The position numbers were made by a program, and so were the translations under genes. From Ptychomitrium polyphyllum (taxonomy: Eukaryota): DNA of 64,000 nt. The stretch is from positions 7,440,001 to 7,504,000 of the forward strand of contig OZ316775.1 of the NCBI GenBank assembly GCA_973851085.1, given 5' to 3'. Below the pieces are notes generated by a model. The model had not been told where the DNA came from. It saw nothing but the letters and a program-made list of their open reading frames with translations, and ran no database searches. Of this stretch, positions 13,478 to 24,493 are shown piece after piece; positions within the stretch are counted from its first letter, which is position 1, and each line of letters begins with the position of its first letter.

Positions 13478-14221
13478 TTTATGGAGGTAGGAAACTCTTA
13501 CCGTTCGTGAGCCAACTGGATGGATGTCCCTTGCAGAACCATAATTTTTAGTATTGTACTTGAGAACAGGATTTACGATTTACATACTTCTTTCTAAACT
13601 TGGATCTTGTTTCAGAAACTGAAATAGCTTCGCAGTTCTATCCACCTAATTAAGGTGGAAATGACTGACTTGCTCAATGTTTCCACCATGACTATTAGGT
13701 CCGCTGTCAAGAATATTAATGATGTTTTATTGCACATTTTGGTAGCATGCCTATGAGCATGAGTGCAAAATGTATCAGTGTCTAACATCATATTAACCTC
13801 TAATTTATAGCTATATGAATAGCATTTAGTAGTTCAGGTGTCTGTATGTAAATTTCCAGTAGACTATCACGTGAACGCAAGTAAATCATATACCTACATA
13901 TAGTGCAAGCCACAAACACTCAAAATATCTTACTGATACCATCACAGCGAGTATAGTACGATCAATTCAAGAAATTGAATAACAATACAAGAGTTTGCCA
14001 AAAAGAAAATCTGAGTTATTATATTGAAAGGTATACACAATCATTTCGTTCCTGAAAATTGATACCTTACTGGTAACCGGTTTTAAGTAAACCTTTAACC
14101 TGTTTTAACTCATTTATTCACCACCCTAAAGCCTCCCAACCATATCTTTTGACTTGTACAACTATACATTTTGAAAATCGTGAATAGAGAACACTGTAGA
14201 AGTTTAATGTCTAGTAGCAGA

Positions 14222-17200
14222 CTATATACCCACTAAATTTGTTAATGGAGGCACACCAAAACTTTCTAAGAACTCGTCCCCAAACTCATACTCGGAAGTT
14301 TCTAGACTTGTAAGGTCAATGGGCTGGCTTGAGCTGTCAGGTGAATTTGGATAACCTTCTTGTTTGGCTGGCTGCAAAAAGATGCTTGTTTCTGCGTCTA
14401 GATGGTTTGTGTAATCTGGAAATTCCAGCACCTTTAACGAATCCTGACAATTAATTGGTTTCATTCCACCATGAAATTGACTCTCAGGTAATGCTGAGTC
14501 TCTGACTCCATCAAGAGTCCGATTCACATTCTCTGGTAATTGCATTGCAGGTGCCGAATGTCTTTGAGACGGTTTGCCTTTGAAGCGGGTGTTGGTGGTC
14601 TTGTTCTTGCGACCATTCTTTGCTGGAATGTTCCTGCAACCCAAATGACACAAGTTTTAAAAGCATACACCTTGGAATTATCAGCATGAGTGGTATGTTA
14701 GCCAATGCTTGCAGCAAACTGCAACTTGAAAGTAGTTGTGTTATGATTGCTTGTTACTTTGTGACGTGGAATGCAGAGGCTAATGCCCTCAAACAACCAT
14801 GTAAATAAAGGATTAGCATGATTTGTGGTGCAACTCACGGGACTACATGAGTGTAGCGGCTCAGCTCAAAGTTTGTCACGGCAGCAGCACCTCTGTATCT
14901 AATTGCTGCCCGATCATATGCCTCGGCTGCTTCTTCTTGTGTCCCTGCAAGAATCCATAGAAGGTTATGAAGATCATGAAGATACCTGCATGTCTTATTT
15001 TCTGAAAAAGCTTCTGTTCTTTAGAATAAGCTCACCAAAAGTTCCCAAGTAAAGGTATTTGTTTCCTTCCACACGGCCAATGCGGGCCTCCCAACGTCCA
15101 TTGTGATGATGCCTACATAAAGATGTACAAACTGGTCAATGGAAGTTTTCAGTGCTAGGATAAATTGCAAATGTAGACTGATGTACAAAACATTAGAGAA
15201 ACATGTATAAGAATGTTAAATGTATTACCTTGCAACACCTCTATACTTGGATAACCCTCTTGAAAATCCGCTGCTTTTTCTACAAAAGTGATCAATAATG
15301 TGAATGAAAAACGTAGTACATACTTTATGATGAATTAAAAATTTATTTTCAGTTTGTTACTTTATAGATGTATAGATAACAAATTTTCAAAAGAAGTTTT
15401 TATGGGAATCAACAAACTATATTATAAGTTTAATGTATAAATTGAAAGAACACATATCTTTATGATATTAATCCAAATGATCTTTGTGTCATGTAAAACA
15501 AATATTTAGAATAAATATCAAAGAAACTTAAGATGTAGAACATTAAATGTATAATGTTAGATATTAAATCATATTACAGTAAGACTTTTGTTTCATTTCA
15601 TGTACAACAATCTATATCTTTATATTATAAGGTCATCAATTAAACTTAAGTTGTAAGAAAAGTATTTGAAAGATATCCAAAAATGACTAACTAGCATTGA
15701 AATAAAAAATTTAGTGTCTTGTAAGGTTTACATAATAAGAAATTATATATATATAACAAATTGAAATCTTTTAAAACTTTTCATTGATATCTAAATTACC
15801 AATTTTCCATAAACTTTTTGAATGATTTAGCAAAAATCTTCCAATTAATATAAGCTAAAAGAAGGTATATAATTGATCAATTAAATTGTGTGAAAGAAGC
15901 ATTAATTTATCTTATTAAAATCAACACATGTTCATCACTAACCTTCGAAGTATAGCAAGATATTCCCCCCTTGATATGATCTCCATTTCTTTCAAATGTT
16001 GAATATAATTTTCCAACTATAAAATAACAATTCAAAAAAATCATAAATAATAATGTAATATTATAAGGTTAAATCTAATGTTATATTAGATTTAACCTTA
16101 TACTACTTAAGTTAAAAAGAACACAATGCTATATTTATAAACTTGATTTATAACTAATTATAAAAAATCAAATTATAATAGCTTTCCAAAAGTTTCAAAT
16201 TCACAAAACATTGTGCTTAATATGATTTGATATAATGTTTTATTTTAAGTTTTCAAGAAAATATTGAACAAACCAAGAAACTTATGCATAAAAGGATCTT
16301 TCTATTCAAATCATTCTTCCCATGACTTGTCACTGTGAATAAAAAAAGGTTTTGAGTTGTTACCTTGAAGTTGATTGAAGTTCCAGGGCCCCAATACTTA
16401 AGAGCTGCCAAATCATATGCTTGGGCAGCCAAAGTTTCTTCATCATATGCACCAAGGTATACTATAACATACATTCATAATGAAACATTGCTCAATATTT
16501 ATTAAATAACCAACTTCCTCTATACAAATTTTAAACGCAACCAATTTCAATCAAAATTCAACATATAAACACATGCAATAAATTTCAACTTTTTTGGTAT
16601 TGGAATTTGTGCACATACCTTGTCGACCTTTCTTCTTTTGTTTATCATTATAAGCATATTTATCCCACAAATGAGCTTCATATCGCCCAGTAACTCGATG
16701 TCTAAAGTGATGGTACAATCCATAGCACAATTACACAAACCTTCAAAGAGTAAGAAAAATCCTAGATTCATCACCAATATTGTAGACATGACTGCATTCA
16801 CATCACACCTTAGTTGTGAATAAATAAAAAACGCTTTAGACTCTAGAGGTTGAAGACTAGTACAACTATGTTCTACAAGAATTGAGAATATGTCAAATTC
16901 TCAGAGTCTTAGAGAAGCTAGCTATGGGGTAGTACAAAGAGAAGAAGCATGGCAGGGTGCTATTACATACCCACTTCAAAACCCTCCTCTCTGTTCTTGT
17001 GACTGATGGTCCAAGTTCATGACCCCAGTTGGAAGAAAACGACGACAAATAGTTGTACTACATAGCAGACATCTCTGAAACAGAGTGCTCATGGGATGAA
17101 GGTGGTGCTATTAGCTCCATCTGACATAAATCATGCTGGTATTGGTGGATTGATTGTCAAGAGATGAGTGGAGATGGTGAGGCAGGCAATCAGGTGGTCT

Positions 17201-17544
17201 AGCGGCTGTGGACGAAGAATCAGGAAGTGATGGTTGCAATCAGTTAAACAAGAGGACGAGAGAAATGGTGCTCACTTGGTGACGCCCTTGTACTTGGAGC
17301 TTTTCTTTTGAACTGTGGAATCTGTAGCAACGTCAACATCAAGCCCCTCCGAAACCTTCAAATCGAGGCTTGGCTTCCGCAAGGTGGGGCAGCGAGGAGT
17401 CCTCTTTGTAGAAGTTCGGCGCCCCACAGGTGTAATGCATCCAAACAGGGAACGTGTCAGGCCATGATTGTGGTTTCGGAGTTGTGACGCTGATGAAGTT
17501 GAAGGACCAGCACTGAGCAAGTCAACTGCACGTCTCGTCCTCAT
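14222..17544 (-). CDS. Double-AP2-domain transcription factor, WRINKLED1/ANT type; exons 17544-17276, 16701-16619, 16461-16364, 16016-15943, 15279-15229, 15112-15036, 14944-14839, 14633-14222
   Basis: Motifs [23 protein letters not shown]...[30 protein letters not shown], linker [70 protein letters not shown]. Internal exon sizes 83/98/74/51/77 match the ANT/WRI architecture. Confidence 0.95.
16062..16102. repeat. Perfect 18-bp inverted repeat (hairpin) in AP2 intron 3
   Basis: tataaggttaaatctaat, 5-nt loop gttat, then attagatttaaccttata. Confidence 0.85.
16743..17240 (-). repeat. Copy B of the PME-upstream duplication, filling most of AP2 intron 1 (16702-17275)
   Basis: Reverse complement matches 6379-6930 with indels. 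It encodes [16 protein letters not shown] versus [19 protein letters not shown]. Confidence 0.92.
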
Positions 17545-19367
17545 GGTCCTCTATTTCTGTAAACCTACATGAAGAAAACAAATAAATTAAAACAAAACAA
17601 ATAAAAAATACATTCAATGACTTCGTTTCGTGAAACTCATTAGTATCAAACGGTGAGCCTTGAAATGTGGCCCTGCTCCATGTACCTAGTCCAATTCCCC
17701 GCTTATCTTTTTCCGTCTTCAAAAGGTTTTGTGTAACTACGGATAGAGCAAGCCATCAAAGTTTATCCAGGCTGGAATCTTGTCAAATTTAGAGTGACCG
17801 TCCAATTTGGGGTACAGAAAGCATAAAACGCGCAGTGTTAAAGTTTCAATGTAGAGTTAAGTACTTGATCCTTTGCAAAAGACGGCTAATCCTTTCACAC
17901 CATATTCACCGCCAACATTCTAGAGAACATTCCAGAGATACGGCGTAAGAGGACTGGCCCCCACAGCCGTTTTGAAGCCGTGTTCCCCGTTTTTGTGGGA
18001 TCACTTGCCCACCTGAACTTGAATCGTTGCAGCTCGCATACAATCTAGTTTTGTGAGTTTCAGAGTCGCCGAGGACTCTAGGTGGTGTCAGGTTGCTCGA
18101 GCTGTGCTGCCGGTGGTGTTTACAAACACACTGTCTGGCATTCACGTTCACACGTTCACATACAGACGGTGCTTGGTGGCGGTGCTTGCAAACTGTACCA
18201 GTAGTGTTTTCAATTTGATTTTTTTCGCCATGCTTTTGTTTTCCATTATACCAAGATCGAGATGGAGTGTATTTGCAGAAATAGCTGAGCGTTAGACTTA
18301 GTTGAGCATAGTTTCAAGGTGGGTAGACGTGACACATTGTAGTCGCTATTCAAGAAGCGGCAGGAACATTATTTCCTAAATCACTTGTGCAGCTTCACAT
18401 GTAGTTGATTTTAAGTTGACATTTGCAGTACTTTTCTACACAAGTTTGTATTCTGTTGTAGAGTTTCTTGTAGTGCAGAGATTGTCTAGCTTGGTTTAGG
18501 AGCTGCAGCATGACCAACCAATTAGGTCTCCAGCTCGCTATGGATATTCACAGTTTCCAATCTTATGCATTGTGTACAAATATTGCTTTAGATGAACAAA
18601 TATTTACAAAATTTGACAATCACAGCATAGGTGGTACTATCTCTTGAATGCGGAATCCTTAGAAGCTCCATGAGCAGTCAAAGTACAAAAACTTTTTTTT
18701 AAAGGTGTTCATAAAGTGTACTGGATCTGGGTTCTAAATTGCACCTTGTGCTTCATTCACTCTTGTTGGATGATTCACTCTTGCTGAATCAATTCATTAA
18801 ATTTAGCTCTTCAAAAAGTAAATCCTCTTTCGCACAAAACAACAGTTAATTTTATTTTTTACTTGCTAACCAATTTTAAAAATTCATATGTCTTTACTTT
18901 CTAAACATAATATTTTCAACCTTTATTTACAATGTTATAGTCTATAAGTAATTGTCTAAAATTACCACTTACCTTTTTAATCCGAAGGCAACAAAACACT
19001 TTTGGATATTTGTTTCAAGGAACTAAAACTTTTTCCATCGTGGGTGAACGGATACTAAAAACCACAAACTCATTCATCCTACGTTGAAATAAAAGTCCTG
19101 AAACAAAGCTCCTCTCGAGACTTCTGAGCTACTTTACAAAAAACTACTTTTGACCAAATGCTGAAAATTAAACAACTTCATAATTCACTGACGTAACTAG
19201 GCTCTCTTTTGGTACTACAAGAATTTGTAATCTGACCCTCAGCAGATACTATTCTGCTGTACACACCAATATATGATCCCAACTAAATAAGGCATGCTCC
19301 AGAAGATGATGCAATGTCATTGAACTTGGGGCTTTGTAAAAAACTTGAGCCCCAAAAATAAATTGAA

Positions 19368-22300
19368 TTAAACAGCCACTGGTTCAGCTGCCTTCTCTGA
19401 CACCACCGCGTGATCCTCAAGCTGCAGCAACGAAAGCAACACGCAAAGGCTTATTTAGAAGACAAATAAAATGTCATAAGACTATCCAACAGCATCACAT
19501 TAATTTTACAGAAATTGGCTAAGCTCACAGAAAACCACTTCCTGAGAAAATTTGCAAAGAGCAAATTCCATTTCAAACTTAAAAGATATATGACTACGTG
19601 TCTCCTTCCACTCTATTGTATACCAGCAAGTAGAGAAAATTACATGAGCAGACTTAAATAGCTCATCCAAAACTTCAGATAAGGTAGGATGGGCGTGCAC
19701 GGCAAATTTGATGTCCTGTAAATTTTAAGAGCAACAAAAACAGATGAGCATCACTTGTAACAGGAGAATAAATGGATCTGAGGACCAATAGCATCCAAAA
19801 CAATCACGACAGGAATTGCGATTTACTGTTTATATATACTAAATAAACGCAGAAACCACACATGTGAATTACGAGCACCCCAATATGGTAAAGAGGGTTC
19901 CTAACAAACTGTACTCACCTTAATGGTATTGCCCATAGCTATGGCATTTGAAGCTTCATGAATGAGATCAGCAGCGTGAAGACCAAGGATGTGCACTCCT
20001 AAAATCTCGCCAGTATCAGGTCGATAAATTAACTGCCAATTGTCCAATCTATGCATAAGTATTCTACGTTCCACTTTACGAGGATCCTTAAGCTCTGGGG
20101 AACTTCTGGTAAGAGTGTGGTAACAGCATTTCAGGAGCTCTGCAATCTTTGCATGATGAACCCTTTCATACAATTTGTATTTCGATGGCTGATTCATTCT
20201 AATCTGATGCTAAACATATAACATAAGCATACAAACAAATCTAGCATGTTACAAAATCGTATATGGGCAAGAGCAGTATCAATGCTCAAGAAGCAAATTT
20301 AAATGACAAATCTAGATGCTACAAAAAATTGAGCAGTCATACCTTGGCTAGCCCGTCACCCTCGTTCTCAGCAAGTGCTTTGGTATTGGCTTTGAAGCTG
20401 GTCTTAGCAACGCCTATTTTGAAACCCTCCTTTTCGGCTAGAGCTCTTGCTTGAGGCTGCCAGAAAATACACACAAGTTAAACAACTGACTTCCGTGAGT
20501 TATAATCAATCATCGTTTTTCTACTACCTGTTGTTGTAAAAGCCTTGTAAATATCTAGTAGGACAAAACTACAAAAACTTAGAATTGCGGAAAATTTTCT
20601 GAAGACTACCTCAGTAAGTCCAACCATGCTGATTTCTGGGTGTGTGAAACAAGCTGCCGGAACGCTGTTATGATTCAGAACATTGTCTCGCCCAGCGATC
20701 TGTTCAACAACTGTAAAGAACAGACAATAAAACACAGTGAGAAAACTGTACTTCGAAACGGTACCAAATAAGCTTAAAAGAATAGCATAATACGGCATGT
20801 TAGAACTATGGCATTTGTACTTGTCAGATACATTGAAACGTTAAAGGTAGGCAAAAATTTCAATCAACTAGAGGCCACTAACATACCGGAAATGCCTTGA
20901 GCACTTGCTGCATGTGCAAGCATCATCTTGCCATTGGCATCACCAATACAATACAGGCTGGGAACCTGAACCATCATAGCAAACAAGGACAAAAGTATTT
21001 GAAGAAAAATCACCTAGTAAGCAACCATTTTCCCTTCAGTCATTTTATGAAGTCAGAATTATGTAGCAGACACTAAAGGTTATCCTGCAAGTCTTCAGTC
21101 TACACATATGCAGACGAATTACTTCGAATAGCATGATAAAAGTTTGGAACTAACGGCCTCTAATTTTATGACTACGGTATATTTCTTTCTTAAAATGCCT
21201 TGACTATAAATAAGACTTGGTTTGGGTTGCACTCGAAATTCTCAATCATAAATCTGTGACATGATTTGCACTGCTTCGAGACATTAGACACTATTCAATC
21301 TACTCACCTTGTTTCCCTCCGCATCAAGCACTTGCATTCGCTCATCCACAGGTACAAAACCCCTCTGCGTAACTACATTCACCTGCCGAAGAAGTTTCCT
21401 AAGTCAGAACATAGATGTTAATATAGTAACAAACCTTAAAAGTGATAAAGATGCACATGTAATGGCTTCACACATAACTAACATGCACAGGGTGTCCTCA
21501 AAGAAAATAACTAAACAGGTGCAAAACCTTTTCAAGACCCAAGCCTTTAGTAAAAGGAGAGCGTCCTGTAGCAATCAGTGCCGCATCCACCTACAGGGTA
21601 GAAGTCAGTAACAATTAGATATATTATTGTGACCAAAAAGTTTAAATAGAACAAATCCCGAAAAAAACTAAAACCACCAAAAAAGAACATGAGCCTGGTA
21701 TTCAGAAAACCAGCATCTGCCTGAACTTCAGTTGACATAAGTGAGCACAACAATTACCTCAAGAGTTTCCTTCACCTCCTTGGTCTTGGTGTTAACTAGT
21801 TCAATCTGTACTGGCTTTCCATTTTTAGCTGGTGTGATCTGCAAGAAAGTAACGGAGATGAACATATCTATGGAGATGTTGAAATCTTCACTGGGTTTTA
21901 TAATATTATTGCCAGTGTTTCCATGTGCTGCAGAACAAATATGGAGACAGCGGAAAGTGAGATGATTACTCACATTACCAGCACACAGTTGAGTTATTTT
22001 GAATAACAGCAAAAATAAATATAAATCATGTAGACTCGAAATGAGTTCATCACTTGACGCCAAGAATCTCTCACCTTCTTGGCCAAAACACCAACGTGAT
22101 AGTCAATTTTTCGAGGATTGATCAAAATCCTCTGTGCAAGCTTGCCAATTTCGGGATCAAAACCTGGCATCAAACCATCGAGCGCCTCAATGAATGTCAC
22201 CTGTTCGTTGTCAATAGGTGAAGATACAGTGTAAGCCCTCGGAAGAACCAATAGAGAAATGAAGAAGAGGCACTCCTAGGCGCACTCCTAAATGATCCGA

Positions 22301-24493
22301 AGGCACCGGTGCGAGCATTACAAGAAACGAAAGCCGTCAAGAGAGAAGTCTTATTTGAATCCATGCCATGCGTCACACAAAACTAACCTCGCTTCCAAGA
22401 GCTGTATAGACATCACTAAATTCCAAACCAATGTATCCGCTTCCTACAATCGCAATCCATTCGGGAATCCACTCCAGCTTCAAAGCGTGATCACTTGTAA
22501 AAACGGTCTTTCCTACATACCCGTGTTTAAGAAAGTAAGTACTACGTTCATCTTGGAAAATCGATGGAGGTCTGCTGTGTCCTTCAAGGCACAAGTAGCA
22601 TGTACATCAATCGTCCAGATTCAAAAAGTCTGCGTCTATACTAAAAGATAAATTCTTCTTTTTCTGACAAGACGGGGCCTAGCTGTAAAGCTACCTGTAA
22701 TCCTTGTAAGAATACTTTAATCATAGGTTACATAACTCATTGTCAAGCAGCCCTCAGCTTGGACACACAGGTACGAGGTATTTCAAATGCATCAGATGAC
22801 GCAAGATCTCTACAACCTGGAACACTTACCATCAACTTCAATTCCTGGAGGTACAAATGGAACTGACCCAGTGGCAATTATGATATTACGTGCTGTGATG
22901 GTTTTATCCGCGAATCCGATTCTCCCATATTTCACAACCTGAGGAGCCTGTGCGCAGATCATGCAGCAGTCAATCGACCCACCTCAAAGAATTATCTCCA
23001 GACATAAGCTATCACGATGTACTAGGAGAAGGGTGAGAGACCAAACACAATCGTCTTAGGTCAAGAACGACGTTGTGTCCTCTAACCCCCCAAAAAAAAG
23101 CTCTACATAGCATCCAAATGCAACGCAACATATAATCAAACGACAACATACCACAACGGAACCAACACCAGTGAGGATGTCGACCCCAATGGCTTTCATT
23201 GAGTTTGTCAAGTTCCCTCGAATCTTGGTGGCCAGGTTGTTAGCATGATCTGCAACTGCTTGCCTGTCGTATTCAGCAGCCGCTACCTGCATCCAGTTCA
23301 CGAAAACTTAATGCAAAAGGTTGAAGTACTAGAATGATCCAAAGCTCCAGCTTCTTCTCTAGACATCTTTGCCGGTGCCAAGATTTTGAAGAAATCAAAG
23401 CAAGAAGGTAGAAAGGGGACACGAGGAAACCAAATATCAGCTGTTAAGTTTAGGCAGCACTCGCTAATTTACAACTGGCAACAATTGCGCAAAAATGCAC
23501 CATCAAGGAATGAGCGATTTGATACGGTGTTAGAGGCCAATAGGAGGACTGTGATGGAAGGAAACAGCAGCTAGATACCTGGATTCCAAGGGCCTTGAGG
23601 TGATGCTCATCACGAAGTTCCCGCATACGTCCACTTACTGCTAGAAGTGCTTTAGACGGAACGCATCCTCTATTTACACAGGTTCCTCCAACAACGTCTC
23701 CTTCAACAATTGCTGTCTTAAAACCCTGTAGTCCAAAAACCCCTTCAATTGTAGAATTCTGAATTCAGGCAAGCGGCATGCATTGTACAGAGAGATTCCT
23801 GATCGATAGAACAGAAAGGAGTGATCTATACCAATACATATAGTCACAGAAATGGTGGCATTGACAACAGAACTCCAATAACAAAAGCAATCAACATCTA
23901 AACTGTACGCCAGTTTCGACAGCAAGTTTCCGTCCGGCTGACATACAGCATTGTAGTGAACTGAATTTCGCAGGAAAAAAACAGAAAATGCAAGGACCTT
24001 AGTTTCACATTATCCTCCAATTCTTCCAGAACGCACCATTGAGAAAACCGCATTGCATTAGACGAAAGCACGAGGAAAAGAAGCTACCAGACTGAAACTA
24101 ATGGCGTCAAACGCGCTAATCGCAAACAGAAAAAACTTCACGCAACTAGATAAACAGCTCTATTACCTTCTCAACAGCATGAAGCGCAGCGCCATGCCCG
24201 CCCACGCCCGCGCCGATAATCACCACGTCGTAATCAAACGACTGCGGGCCGGCGCCATTCACAGCAGCGGCAGCTTCCACTCTCAACCCCCGCGCACCTA
24301 CCCTCGCCACTGCAGGCGCTACTCTAAGTTCTCTCACCACCTTGGAGGACGAAACCCCCGCATTACCCTTCTTCAACCCTGAATACGACACAAGCGCCGG
24401 CACACACGAAGACGACGATGAAGCCGAAACGGCAATACTCCTATCCACTCGAACACTAGCCGCCACTCTCCTAGACACCGCCATTGCCTCCAT
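19368..24493 (-). CDS. LPD: Plastid dihydrolipoamide dehydrogenase (E3 of plastid pyruvate dehydrogenase), multi-exon
   Basis: Transit peptide, then [21 protein letters not shown] (FAD), [15 protein letters not shown] (redox disulfide, exon ~23579-23724), [21 protein letters not shown] (NAD), [12 protein letters not shown] (His-Glu dyad). Last exon reads [17 protein letters not shown]. Confidence 0.96.
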
